64,000 bases of DNA from positions 446-64,445 of the forward strand of contig CAYPRM010000006.1 in assembly GCA_964413365.1 (NCBI GenBank), read 5' to 3'. Positions 1-9,170 of the stretch are shown here, piece by piece. The number at the start of each line of letters is the position of its first letter. The first letter of the stretch is position 1. The translations under genes and the position numbers were made by a program. This DNA is from an uncultured Lachnospiraceae bacterium. Its GTDB lineage: Bacteria; Bacillota; Clostridia; Oscillospirales; CAG-272. The notes below the pieces were generated by a model. It had not been told where the DNA came from, did no database searches, and was given only the letters and a program-made list of their open reading frames with translations.

Positions 1-331
1 GCTCGGCGTAGTTCTTCCCTCATTCATCATTATATATACCATCTCGCTATTTCTTGACGCGTTCCTCAGCCTGACGCTTGTGGCAAACGCATTCCGTGGA
101 ATACAGGCGTGCGTCGTCTATCTCATAGGCTCGGTCGGCATAAAGATGCTCCGCCAGATGGACAAGAAGCCTCTGCCGATCATTATATGCTGCACGGTGC
201 TTGCGCTTCTTATAGCCTTCTCGCTCCTTGCGGTCAATTTTTCTTCCATTATATACATCGTCGTATCCGGTGCGCTCGGTGTTATTGCCTACTACGCAGG
301 CAGGAGGAGAGGGGGGGATGAGCAGAAATGA
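1..331 (+). CDS. chromate transporter (ChrA-family) half-size protein, C-terminal part; 5' end outside window
   Basis: Frame 2 is open from the window edge to the stop at 329-331. Hydrophobic sequence LGVVLPSFIII...FRGIQACVVYLIGSVGIKM. ATGA overlap with the next ChrA-family gene. Confidence 0.75.
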   Translation, partial: LGVVLPSFIIIYTISLFLDAFLSLTLVANAFRGIQACVVYLIGSVGIKMLRQMDKKPLPIIICCTVLALLIAFSLLAVNFSSIIYIVVSGALGVIAYYAGRRRGGDEQK

Positions 332-909
332 GTATACTTCTTGAGCTTTTTCTTTCATTCTTTGAGATCGGCGCGCTGACCTTTGGCGGAGGCTATGCGA
401 TGATCCCCCTCGTTCGTGAGACCGTGCTGACACGCGGTTGGCTGACTGAGGAGGAGATGCTGAACATGATCGCCGTTGCGGAGTCCACTCCCGGTCCCAT
501 TGCCGTAAATATGGCGACCTTCGTCGGCTCGAACGAGGCAGGCGTTCTCGGATCGGTCGTTGCCACGCTCGGTGTGGTGCTTCCGTCGTTCATTATCATT
601 CTCGTTATCTCCGCACTTCTCAAGAACTTTATGAAATACAAGGGCGTGAACGCCTTTCTTGAGGGTGTACGTCCCTGCGTCGTTGCGCTCATTCTCGGAA
701 CTGCCATCACGCTGTTTCTGAGTGTTCTGCTCGGTATAGGCTCGGGCAGCTTTGATTTTTCGGTCGACGTGATCGGAATAATCATCTTCGCACTCATAGT
801 CGCGATCGCCCTTATATACAAAAAGCTGAGAGGCAAAAAGCCATCTCCCATACTTATGATACTTATCTCGGCAGGACTCGGAATGATTTTTTATTCCCTG
901 CCGCTCTAA
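328..909 (+). CDS. chromate transporter (ChrA-family) half-size protein
   Basis: 193 aa. FFEIGALTFGGGYAMIPL...ESTPGPIAVNMATFVG is the typical chromate ion transporter signature. Multiple TM segments. Confidence 0.85.
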   Translation: MSILLELFLSFFEIGALTFGGGYAMIPLVRETVLTRGWLTEEEMLNMIAVAESTPGPIAVNMATFVGSNEAGVLGSVVATLGVVLPSFIIILVISALLKNFMKYKGVNAFLEGVRPCVVALILGTAITLFLSVLLGIGSGSFDFSVDVIGIIIFALIVAIALIYKKLRGKKPSPILMILISAGLGMIFYSLPL

Positions 910-924
910 AAGGAGGATATTATT

Positions 925-1704
925 ATGAAGAAAACCGCGCTTATAACGGGTGCTTCGGGCGGACTCGGGCTCTCGTTCGTAAATATTTTTGCAAAGGACG
1001 GCTACGACCTCGTTCTCGTCGCGAGAAACGGCGAGCGTCTTACCGAGATCAAGGGCGATATTGAGTCGAAATACGGTGTAAATGTACTGACAGTGGCGAA
1101 GGATCTCTGCTCTGAGACGGGCGCTGCCGAGGTATTTGAGGCGACAAAAGGTGCCGATATACACGTTGACGTACTCGTCAACAATGCGGGCTTCGGCGAC
1201 TTCGGAGAATTTCACAGGAGCGATCTCTCAAAGCAGGTGCGCATGGTCGATCTCAACTGCATCGCGCTCATGGAGCTTTGCCATCTCTACCTGCCCGATA
1301 TGGTAGCGAGCGGAAGCGGAAAAATTCTCAACGTTGACTCGATAGCGGCGTTCCAGCCCGGGCCTCTTATGAGTGTATATTACGCGACAAAGGCGTTCGT
1401 GCTCAGCTTCTCGCAGGCGCTCACTCGCGAGCTCAAGGGCACGGGCGTGAGTGTTACGGCGCTCTGCCCCGGACCTATCAGAACGAATTTCGACACCGCC
1501 GCAGAGCTTGGCGAGTCGGGGCTTTTCAAGAATCTCAAGGTTTGGGATCCCGACACGGTCGCGCGGTTCGGTTACGAGAAGATGAAGCGCGGCAAGGCGG
1601 TCTGCGTGTGCGGATTCGTCAACAAGCTGATCGTGTTCTCCACCCGTCTCGCACCGCGTGCAATGGTCCGCGATACGGTGTATAGCATACAGAAGATACA
1701 GTAA
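925..1704 (+). CDS. SDR-family oxidoreductase
   Basis: TGASGGLG cofactor motif, NNAGFG, YxxxK (YYATK); 259 aa. AGGAGG RBS upstream. Confidence 0.9.
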   Translation: MKKTALITGASGGLGLSFVNIFAKDGYDLVLVARNGERLTEIKGDIESKYGVNVLTVAKDLCSETGAAEVFEATKGADIHVDVLVNNAGFGDFGEFHRSDLSKQVRMVDLNCIALMELCHLYLPDMVASGSGKILNVDSIAAFQPGPLMSVYYATKAFVLSFSQALTRELKGTGVSVTALCPGPIRTNFDTAAELGESGLFKNLKVWDPDTVARFGYEKMKRGKAVCVCGFVNKLIVFSTRLAPRAMVRDTVYSIQKIQ

Positions 1705-1708
1705 CAAC

Positions 1709-1752
1709 CTCGTTCGCGTAGCGAAGGAGGGGCGAGCCTTTGGCTGCGTCGC
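1709..1752 (-). repeat. partial copy (E) of multi-hairpin intergenic repeat family
   Basis: CTCGTTCGC-GTA-GCGAA then GAGCC-TTT-GGCT. This matches the GTTCGC-TTT-GCGAAC / GCC-GAA-GGC end of copies A and C. It starts 5 nt after the SDR stop codon. Confidence 0.45.
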
Positions 1753-1861
1753 GTTGGGGTTTATATGAATTGCAAATTTTATACAAATTGCGGCTGTGTT
1801 GCCGCAATGCCAAGGATACCGATCCCCAAAAATTCATCTCGGAAAGGAGAAAAAAGACAAA

Positions 1862-2713
1862 ATGACTATTTACGAAAATGAACGCTTCGGTGAGGAGCGT
1901 GCGCTATACGGTTCTTCGGATATCAAGGTCCTATCCTGCCGCTTCGACGGCGAGGAGGACGGCGAAAGCGCTCTCAAGGAGTGCAGGAACGTGCTCTGCG
2001 AGTCCACATTCTTCAATCTTCGCTATCCTCTCTGGCACGACACGGGCGTCAGGCTCAAGGACTGCGAGATGACGGAGCTTTGCCGTGCCGCACTCTGGTA
2101 CAGTGAGGGCATCGAGGTTTCAAATTCCCGTCTTCACGGCATCAAGGCACTCCGTGAATGTCGCGACATACGCATTTTGGACTCCGATGTAAAGAGCCTT
2201 GAATTCGGCTGGTTCTCGCACTCGATAGAGGTTGAGAGCAGCAGCTTTAGCGGAGAATATTTCATGCTGCGCTCGACCGAGATCCACATGAAGGACTCCT
2301 CTCTGCTCGGTAAATATTCCTTCCAATACATAGAAAATTCCACCTTTGAGAACTGCACCTTTGACACGAAGGACGCCTTCTGGCACGCGAAAAACGTTTA
2401 CGTGAAAGACTGCACGGTCAAGGGTGAATATCTCGCGTGGTATTGCGAGAATGTAACCTTTGAGAACTGCACGCTCATCGGCACTCAGCCCCTCTGCTAC
2501 TGCAAGGGCTTGCGCTTAATAAATTGCAAAATGATCGACTGCGATCTCTCGTTCGAGAGGAGCGTGGTCGAGGCGGACGTTATCGGCGAGATCACGAGCG
2601 TCAAGAACGTTTACTCGGGCTATGTTCGCGCCGACAGCATCGGAGAGATCATTTGTGATGATCCGAATGCGGTGGGGGAGGTATCAATAAGAGCCTGCTC
2701 GTGTGCGGAATAA
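1862..2713 (+). CDS. DUF3737-like beta-helix repeat protein
   Basis: Start chosen at the internal ATG with a GGAGA RBS. Begins MTIYENERFGEERALYGS, followed by repeated ...NC/DC... beta-helix-like turns. From memory this resembles the DUF3737 family. Confidence 0.65.
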   Translation: MTIYENERFGEERALYGSSDIKVLSCRFDGEEDGESALKECRNVLCESTFFNLRYPLWHDTGVRLKDCEMTELCRAALWYSEGIEVSNSRLHGIKALRECRDIRILDSDVKSLEFGWFSHSIEVESSSFSGEYFMLRSTEIHMKDSSLLGKYSFQYIENSTFENCTFDTKDAFWHAKNVYVKDCTVKGEYLAWYCENVTFENCTLIGTQPLCYCKGLRLINCKMIDCDLSFERSVVEADVIGEITSVKNVYSGYVRADSIGEIICDDPNAVGEVSIRACSCAE

Positions 2714-2765
2714 GCGTTTTTCTACCCCAAATTCCGAAAAATCCTAAAATATTCCCTCAAATCGC

Positions 2766-2794
2766 TTGACAAGGACGGAATTTTAGTTTATAAT
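2766..2794 (+). promoter_or_regulatory. sigma-A-type promoter for yceD-rpmF
   Basis: TTGACA, 17 nt spacer, TATAAT (exact consensus hexamers). Confidence 0.6.
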
Positions 2795-2839
2795 ATTTAG
2801 CGTTGTTTGATTTGAAGGTATTTTGAAAGGAGCTAAACC

Positions 2840-3352
2840 GTGGTAATAGATCTTGGTGCGATGCTCAGGGGCGAGGTCTCCAGCATAGACATAGATTTCA
2901 CTCTCACACCCGAGATAATAGAGGACGTTACCTTTGAGCAGGATGCTCACGTCGTGGGTGTGCTGACAAATTCCGCGGGGTACATGCGTCTTTCCCTGCA
3001 AGCCGAGCTTCCCTATATCGGCGAATGTGCCCGTTGCCTCGATGAGGTAAGGGGAATATTCTCCCTTCGCTTTGATAGAACGGTCGTTACGGAGGGCATG
3101 GTCAGCGAGGAAAGGCTGGAGGAGAGCGTTGACGAGTACATCGTTATCGAGGACGGGCTTCTGCGTCTTGACGATGCGGTGCGCGAGGAGCTGCTCATCG
3201 AATTTCCCAAAAAGCTTCTCTGCTCCGAGGATTGCAAGGGGCTATGCCCCAAGTGCGGTAAGCCTCTCAAGAGCGGAGAATGTGGCTGCTGCACAAAAGA
3301 AATAGATCCGAGGCTGGCAGTTTTAAAAAAATACTTGACAAATGAAAAATGA
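2840..3352 (+). CDS. yceD: YceD/DUF177 family protein
   Basis: GTG start 7 nt after AAGGAG. C-terminal CSEDCKGLCPKCGKPL...CGCC. The position immediately upstream of rpmF is conserved. Confidence 0.85.
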   Translation: MVIDLGAMLRGEVSSIDIDFTLTPEIIEDVTFEQDAHVVGVLTNSAGYMRLSLQAELPYIGECARCLDEVRGIFSLRFDRTVVTEGMVSEERLEESVDEYIVIEDGLLRLDDAVREELLIEFPKKLLCSEDCKGLCPKCGKPLKSGECGCCTKEIDPRLAVLKKYLTNEK

Positions 3353-3363
3353 TGTAGTATAAT
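3335..3363 (+). promoter_or_regulatory. second sigma-A-type promoter, inside the yceD 3' end, reading into rpmF
   Basis: TTGACA, 17 nt spacer, TATAAT. Confidence 0.5.
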
Positions 3364-3408
3364 ATCATAGATAAGTTGTGTATCACACTAACAAGGAGGT
3401 GTAGGACA

Positions 3409-3591
3409 ATGGCAGTACCAAAGAGAAAAGTATCAAAGGCTCGCAGAGATAAGAGACGCTCTAACAACTGGAAGCTCGGTCTTCCCGGTATCGTAAGATG
3501 CCCCAAGTGCGGAGAGTTCGTTCTTGCTCACAGAGTTTGCAAGAAGTGCCGTTCTTACAATGGCAAGGAAGTAATCAAAGAAGAGGCTTAA
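3409..3591 (+). CDS. rpmF: 50S ribosomal protein L32
   Basis: [18 protein letters not shown]...[26 protein letters not shown]. The longer ORF start at 3376 was rejected. Confidence 0.97.
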   Translation: MAVPKRKVSKARRDKRRSNNWKLGLPGIVRCPKCGEFVLAHRVCKKCRSYNGKEVIKEEA

Positions 3592-3631
3592 TATAAAAAG
3601 CGTCTTTGTCGCCCGAGCGGCGATCAAAAAT

Positions 3632-3677
3632 AAGGGACTTATTCTGCTCGATCGTCAGGGAAAGTCCCTTTTTTTAC
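3632..3677 (+). terminator. putative rho-independent terminator after rpmF
   Basis: AAGGGACTT ... AAGTCCCTT stem followed by a T7 run. The loop is long (21 nt). Confidence 0.5.
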
Positions 3678-3709
3678 TAATATTAAATAATTGATCGGAG
3701 AAATCAAAA

Positions 3710-4939
3710 ATGAAAAGATCCACAATCATCACAATCGCGGCGTTCGCACTCGGAATAATCCTACTGACCGTGATCTTCGTCATTTTCACGGACAACAACC
3801 TCTTCCCGAAGGATGATCCGTCCACGTCTACGACGACAACCACACCGAGCACGACCACATCGACCACCGCAGGCACATCCGATACCGAGCCTGAGTACAA
3901 GCCGATGGATTTTACGGCAGTCGACGTAAGTCAGTATGTAACGCTCGGAAAATACAAGGGCTTGGAGATCGCTGTTGATTCCGTTACCCCCGACGATGAC
4001 GACATCAGCCTCTATATCGGCAAGGAATTATTCAAAAAGAGCAAGTACACAAAGCTTGAGAGCGGAAAAGTCGCAGAGCACACCATCTTCAATTTTGACT
4101 ACTCGGGCTGGTTCTGGTCGGTCGACGCGGAAACGGGCGAGCAGTTCAAGTATTCCTTTGACGGCGGCACGGCGAGCGGAAGTAACGCATACATAATCGG
4201 CGACACGTTTTACATAATAGGCTCGAGCAATTCCGATTCGACCTTCATCGACGGATTTGCGCAGGGCGTTCTCGGTGCAGAGGTCGGCAAGGAGCTTGAC
4301 ATCGTTGCGACCTTCCCCGAGGTCTACGCGTCAAAGCCCGAGCTTGCAGGCAGGAGCGTATATTTCACCATCAAGGTGAATTACATTGCGCAGCCCGACA
4401 CCTCCGACGAGAGCATCAGTGCCCTCACGAGCGAGTCCTGCAAGACTCTTGCGGAGTACACCGAGGTAGTACGCGACGCACTTACGTACACCACGAACCA
4501 GAACAACATTGCAAAGATCTGGACCGCTGTAAGGGATTCCGCTACAATAATCGAGCTTCCGACGCAGGAGGTGGACTATTGGTACAACGCCTTCAAGAGT
4601 GAGGTGGAATATTACGTTTACTACTACTCGATGATGGGACAGACCTACACGTATGAGTCGATGCTCAAGATGTTCGGCTTCGAGAGCGATGCGGAGCTTA
4701 AGGAATACGCAGAGAGCATAGTCAAGGACGAGCTCATCACCTACGCGGTAATTCAGGCAGAGGGCATTGAGCTTACCGATGCGGAGTACGAGCATTACCT
4801 TGATCTCAAGGTAATGTACGGAAGTGAGACTCGCGACGAGATACTCAAGAATTACACCGAGGATCAGCTTCGTGAGGAATTTCTTGTAGACAAGGCAGGA
4901 GATGTTCTTCTTTCCGAAAACACTCTCACCAAAAAATGA
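3710..4939 (+). CDS. membrane-anchored trigger-factor-like FKBP-type PPIase/chaperone
   Basis: N-terminal TM (IITIAAFALGIILLTVIFVIF) and a Thr/Ser-rich linker. TF-type PPIase signature FIDGFAQGVLGAEVGKELDIVATFPEVY...AGRSVYFTIKV, then a TF C-terminal-like helical domain. Confidence 0.65.
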   Translation: MKRSTIITIAAFALGIILLTVIFVIFTDNNLFPKDDPSTSTTTTTPSTTTSTTAGTSDTEPEYKPMDFTAVDVSQYVTLGKYKGLEIAVDSVTPDDDDISLYIGKELFKKSKYTKLESGKVAEHTIFNFDYSGWFWSVDAETGEQFKYSFDGGTASGSNAYIIGDTFYIIGSSNSDSTFIDGFAQGVLGAEVGKELDIVATFPEVYASKPELAGRSVYFTIKVNYIAQPDTSDESISALTSESCKTLAEYTEVVRDALTYTTNQNNIAKIWTAVRDSATIIELPTQEVDYWYNAFKSEVEYYVYYYSMMGQTYTYESMLKMFGFESDAELKEYAESIVKDELITYAVIQAEGIELTDAEYEHYLDLKVMYGSETRDEILKNYTEDQLREEFLVDKAGDVLLSENTLTKK

Positions 4940-4950
4940 TCTAACACAAT

Positions 4951-4996
4951 AAAAATATCGAAATGGCTTGATGTCAAGTCATTTCGATATTTTTTA
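4951..4996. terminator. bidirectional rho-independent terminator
   Basis: ATATCGAAATG ... CATTTCGATAT stem flanked by an A-run and a T-run, between convergent genes. Confidence 0.75.
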
Positions 4997-4998
4997 TT

Positions 4999-6195
4999 TT
5001 AATATTCAGATGTGTAGTTGTCGAAATATCCCTGTATCCAAACGATGGGAGTTCCCTTATCGCCCGAGCCCGAGGTCAAGTCGCAGAGCGAGCCGATAAG
5101 ATCGGTAAGGCGTCTTGGCGTCGTGCCCTCGCTCGCCATATTTCCGACGAGGTCGCCGTCCTTCTGTGTAATCCTCTCCTTGATGGCGTCCTTGAGCTCG
5201 TCGCCCGAGAGGTCGGCAAAGTCGTTATCTGCGAGGTATTTCAGCTTGAGCTCATTGGGCGTTCCGACAAGTCCCTCGGTATATGCGGGGGAAACGACGG
5301 GATCTGCAAGCTCCCAGATCTTACCGACGGGATCCTTGAATGCGCCGTCGCCGTAGACCATGACCTCCACGTGCTTGCCCGTTTCCTTGAGTATCCTATC
5401 CCTAATGCTCTCAACTATGGGCCGGCAATCCCTCGGGAAGAGCTTTATCTGCTCATCCGTCGCCTTATTTGAGCCGAGAAGCCCGTACTCAGCGTTATAG
5501 CCCGAGCCGTTAACGCTCTCGGAAAGTATATCGTCAAGTCCGAACACACGCTCAGCACCTGCCTCTCTCAATATCCTCTTTGTCCTTGCCCTTGTATGTA
5601 TATCGCAGGCGAGGACATTTTTTGTATATTTCAGCACGGCGCGCGCATCATTTGCGAATATTATCTCGCAATCCGCACCGTTCTTGCGAATGAGCTCCTC
5701 ATAGAACGCAACGTAGTCCACGCCCGTGAAGCGGTGCTTTTCGTAGCCGAAGCACTCGCGGTATTTTTTGAGGTCGAGGACATCGGAATAGGGATCTATT
5801 CCGAGCTCGTCCACGCGGTCGGGGGACACGAGCTGATTTCCCACCTCGTCCGAGGGGTACGAGAGCACGAGGACTATCTTATCCACTCCCCTTGCAATTC
5901 CTGCAAGGCAGACGGAAAAGCGGTTTCGGCTGAGTATCGGAAAAACTACTCCGACCGTGCCTCTGCCGAACTTTTGCTCGACGTCCGCAGCAATATCGTT
6001 GACGGTCGCATAGTTGCCCTGTGCACGTGCGACTATCGCCTCCGTCATTGCGATAACATCGCGATCTCTTACGGGGATGCTCTCCTCTCTCGATGCATCA
6101 AGTATGCAGTCCGCAACTATTGCGGCTACGTCATCTCCGCTCCTGATTATGGGCGCTCTCACGCCACGTGAAACTGTACCAATAAGGCGGCTCAT
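4999..6195 (-). CDS. F420-0:gamma-glutamyl ligase (CofE)-like family protein
   Basis: Start at MSRLIGTV with an AGGAGA RBS. N-terminus RAPIIRSGDDVAAIV...DVIAMTEAIVARAQG and C-terminus GSGDKGTPIV are typical of the family as I recall it. Confidence 0.6.
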   Translation of the reverse strand: MSRLIGTVSRGVRAPIIRSGDDVAAIVADCILDASREESIPVRDRDVIAMTEAIVARAQGNYATVNDIAADVEQKFGRGTVGVVFPILSRNRFSVCLAGIARGVDKIVLVLSYPSDEVGNQLVSPDRVDELGIDPYSDVLDLKKYRECFGYEKHRFTGVDYVAFYEELIRKNGADCEIIFANDARAVLKYTKNVLACDIHTRARTKRILREAGAERVFGLDDILSESVNGSGYNAEYGLLGSNKATDEQIKLFPRDCRPIVESIRDRILKETGKHVEVMVYGDGAFKDPVGKIWELADPVVSPAYTEGLVGTPNELKLKYLADNDFADLSGDELKDAIKERITQKDGDLVGNMASEGTTPRRLTDLIGSLCDLTSGSGDKGTPIVWIQGYFDNYTSEY

Positions 6196-6335
6196 TTTAT
6201 TATTCTCCTTTGAAACGGTTTTAGGAAATTCTCCTAACGTGAAGATTATACCACCGAGCACGGCGGTTGTAAAGCATTTTTTTGACAAAAATTTTCACAA
6301 AATTTTGCACTTCAGATCGCAAATTTACGTAAAAA

Positions 6336-7430
6336 TCACGGAGCAAGCTCAGAAAATATCTTCTGCATATCGCGAATGGTGTCATTTTTGCTCGCTGCCT
6401 TTGCCGTTACGAGAACGAACACCTCACCCGTGCGGTTGTTTTTTATGTAGGACGCAAGACAGCAGCCTGCCTTGCTCTCGTATCCGCTCTTGGCGGCAAG
6501 GAGCGTATAATCCGAGCCGAGAACGGTCGCAGGTGTGAGTCCCATTCCTCCGAGCGTGGTCGAGAGGGTGGAATTGTAGTATCTGATAGACGCATAGTCA
6601 AGTCTATACGATTCTCCGCCGAAAAGCTCACGGCAGAGGGGATTTTCCATAGCGTAGGTCATCAGCGCGGCTATATCCCTGCAGGTTGAGGAATTTTCCT
6701 CGTCATCCATACCGATAGCGCCGCCGAAATGCGTATTCTCCATTCCGATATCCTGCGCCTTGGCGTTCATAAGATATGCAAATTCACCGACGGTGAGGTT
6801 GAGATAATCTATAAGGCAGAGGACTGCGTCTGCGCCCGAGCGGTAGGTTATACCGTAGAGCAGGTCGCGCACGCTGACGGTTCTGCCAACGCAGTCGGCA
6901 AGATATGCCGTGGACGCACCGTCGGGAACGGTGTCCAAAATATCCCTTGTGATATAATATCCGTCATCGAGGTCGTAGATGAGGTCGAGGGCGGTAATTA
7001 CGGTCATTATCTTCGTCATTGACGCAGGGTACATCTGCGTATCGGGCAGCTTATACGAGACCGTCGTCATATCCGAAAGACGGATGAGTATCGCATATTC
7101 CGAGCTGAGACCGAGCGAGTACATTGCACGTCCTCCCGAGGTGGCAACAAACTGCTCCCTATCCGTAACCGTCGCATAGGGGTAATCCTTCGTCGGATCA
7201 ATGGGCTTCCCGATAGGTCTTATATCGGGCGCGGTCGTGGTCGTGTGCTTACCGTTTCCGCCAACGAGCACGAAGAACGTACAGCAGATCGCACACAGCA
7301 GAAATATCGCCGTGATCACCGCAATATACGGGGCAAGACCTTCCCCACCGTCGCGCGCGCTCGATACATAGCCGTAGCCGCCCTTGCCGCCCGTGCCGTG
7401 TCTGCCGCTTTTATTGTATTCAGAATTCAT
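6336..7430 (-). CDS. D-alanyl-D-alanine carboxypeptidase (peptidase S11, PBP5-like), N-terminal TM anchor
   Basis: SxxK motif in YPASMTKIMT. TM segment IAVITAIFLLCAICCTFFVLV. GGAGA RBS. Confidence 0.85.
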   Translation of the reverse strand: MNSEYNKSGRHGTGGKGGYGYVSSARDGGEGLAPYIAVITAIFLLCAICCTFFVLVGGNGKHTTTTAPDIRPIGKPIDPTKDYPYATVTDREQFVATSGGRAMYSLGLSSEYAILIRLSDMTTVSYKLPDTQMYPASMTKIMTVITALDLIYDLDDGYYITRDILDTVPDGASTAYLADCVGRTVSVRDLLYGITYRSGADAVLCLIDYLNLTVGEFAYLMNAKAQDIGMENTHFGGAIGMDDEENSSTCRDIAALMTYAMENPLCRELFGGESYRLDYASIRYYNSTLSTTLGGMGLTPATVLGSDYTLLAAKSGYESKAGCCLASYIKNNRTGEVFVLVTAKAASKNDTIRDMQKIFSELAP

Positions 7431-7445
7431 TTTCTTCTCCGATTT

Positions 7446-8006
7446 TTAATTTTTAAGCTCACCGAGCTTTGCCGCGATGGACTTCATATCCTCGAGCATT
7501 TCTTCCTTCTTGCGGGGATCGCGAAGCAGGAGAGCAGGATGATATACGGCGGTGATGAGGAAACTGCCCCTCTGCACCCATGTCCCGTGCTCACGTGTGA
7601 TGCGATAGTCGGGGCTGATCAATCTCTGCGCGGCGATCCTGCCGAGGCAAACTATTATTCTCGGCTTGACAAGGCGCACCTGCTCACGCAGATAGTCCAT
7701 GCACGCATCCTCCTCAGCAGGGAGAGGATCTCTGTTCTTCGGCGGACGGCATTTCAGTATGTTTGCAATGTAGACGCTCTCGCGCGGAATGTCGACCGCG
7801 AGCAGATATTTGTCAAGAAGCTGCCCTGCCCTGCCGACAAAGGGCGTTCCGCTCAGATCCTCACGCTCACCCGGCGCTTCGCCGATGAACATAATATCCG
7901 CATTACGGTCTCCTGCACCGAATACGCAGTTAGTTCGCGTACTGTGCAGCTCGCACCTCTCGCATTTAGCGCAAGCCTCATAAAGCTCGTCCCACGTCTT
8001 GCTCAT
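7446..8006 (-). CDS. uracil-DNA glycosylase, family 4
   Basis: CxxC...GEAPGxxED...PFVGRAGQLL motifs. Start at MSKTWDEL with a GGAGG RBS. Confidence 0.9.
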   Translation of the reverse strand: MSKTWDELYEACAKCERCELHSTRTNCVFGAGDRNADIMFIGEAPGEREDLSGTPFVGRAGQLLDKYLLAVDIPRESVYIANILKCRPPKNRDPLPAEEDACMDYLREQVRLVKPRIIVCLGRIAAQRLISPDYRITREHGTWVQRGSFLITAVYHPALLLRDPRKKEEMLEDMKSIAAKLGELKN

Positions 8007-8051
8007 ACCATAACCTCCAAAAAGCCCTGCCGAAGGGCGCATTTATATTTT

Positions 8052-8080
8052 ATTATACCAAATTACGCACCACTTTTCAA
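8052..8080 (-). promoter_or_regulatory. sigma-A-type promoter for the udg / S11 carboxypeptidase operon
   Basis: On the minus strand: TTGAAA, 17 nt spacer, TATAAT. Confidence 0.5.
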
Positions 8081-8191
8081 GAGGGTGAGAAAAAGTAAGG
8101 GGGGATTTTACAAATTTTTTTGCATCATTCGCGATTTGAGGCAGGGCGGCTCATTTTATTTCCGTTTTCCCTCCCATTTTTGAAGTTTTTA

Positions 8192-8220
8192 TTGACTTTT
8201 CGGTCAAATTATAGTATCAT
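8192..8220 (+). promoter_or_regulatory. sigma-A-type promoter for the ABC transporter operon
   Basis: TTGACT, 17 nt spacer, TATCAT. Confidence 0.45.
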
Positions 8221-8234
8221 TATTATGAAAAAAT

Positions 8235-9158
8235 ATGCTCACAAGGCTGGTGAAAAATTTGAAGCTAAATAAAAATCTGAAGGGCTGGCTATACCTGCTC
8301 CCTGCGTTCGCGTTTGTGGCGGTATTTATGCTCTATCCCCTCGTTGACGTTCTGATATACTCCCTTGAGGAGGGCTACGACTTCGTGTCGGGCACGTCGT
8401 GGGGCGTGGGGCCTTACAATTACAGCTATGTCCTCCACGATCCGTATTTTCTTCAGGCTCTGAAGAACACATTTCTGCTCGTTGTGATCACCGTGCCCGT
8501 CTCCACCCTGCTCGCACTCGCGATATCCGTATCCCTCTCGAGGATCAAGTGGCTCAGGCGCGCATATCAGACGATATTCTTCCTGCCCTACGTTACGAAC
8601 ACCCTTGCGGTGGGACTCGTATTTATGATACTTTTCAAGCGCACGGCGTACAGCGACGGACTCGTCAATTTCATTATCACGAGCCTTGGCGGCAGAGCCA
8701 TCGACTTTATCGACGGCGCATATTGGGCAAAGATGCTCGTGCTGTGCATCTACACCGTTTGGGTGGTCCTACCGTTCAAGATCCTTATACTCACAAGTGC
8801 GCTCGCCTCCGTTGACGAGACCTATTACAACGCGGCTCGCATCGACGGAACGCCCGAAAGCAGGATGTTCAGGCGTATCACGCTCCCGATGATCTCGCCG
8901 ACGATATCGTATCTCGTGATAACGGGCTTTATCGGTGCTTTTAAGGCGTACAGCGATGCGGTAGCGCTCTTTGGAACGGAGCTTAATCTCGCGGGAATGA
9001 ACACCATTGTCGGCTACGTCTACGATATGCTCTACGGGGACGGCGGCGGATATCCATCCTTTGCGTCCGCGGCGGCTATAATACTTTTCTGCATAGTTCT
9101 GACGATCACCTGCATAAATCTGATCGTCAGCCGACGCCACGTTCACTACGGAAGATAG
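8235..9158 (+). CDS. carbohydrate ABC transporter permease (MalF/UgpA-like)
   Basis: Six TM segments. EAA-loop-like AARIDGTPESRMFRRITLP. Confidence 0.88.
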   Translation: MLTRLVKNLKLNKNLKGWLYLLPAFAFVAVFMLYPLVDVLIYSLEEGYDFVSGTSWGVGPYNYSYVLHDPYFLQALKNTFLLVVITVPVSTLLALAISVSLSRIKWLRRAYQTIFFLPYVTNTLAVGLVFMILFKRTAYSDGLVNFIITSLGGRAIDFIDGAYWAKMLVLCIYTVWVVLPFKILILTSALASVDETYYNAARIDGTPESRMFRRITLPMISPTISYLVITGFIGAFKAYSDAVALFGTELNLAGMNTIVGYVYDMLYGDGGGYPSFASAAAIILFCIVLTITCINLIVSRRHVHYGR

Positions 9159-9170
9159 GCAGGTACAGAT

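Noticed and set aside
355-1215. 286-aa minus-strand ORF spanning the chrA and SDR genes.
   Set aside because: It is antisense to two well-supported genes. It is Arg-rich with no RBS. This is a typical shadow ORF of GC-rich coding DNA.
8020-8150. GCCC-TGCCGAA-GGGC hairpin and CATCATTCGCG motif in the udg/ABC spacer, considered as a possible seventh repeat fragment.
   Set aside because: Only very short matches to the repeat modules are present, which is within chance expectation.
7245-8183. 312-aa plus-strand ORF.
   Set aside because: It is antisense to the carboxypeptidase 5' end, the whole udg gene and the promoter region. The composition is biased and no motif is present.
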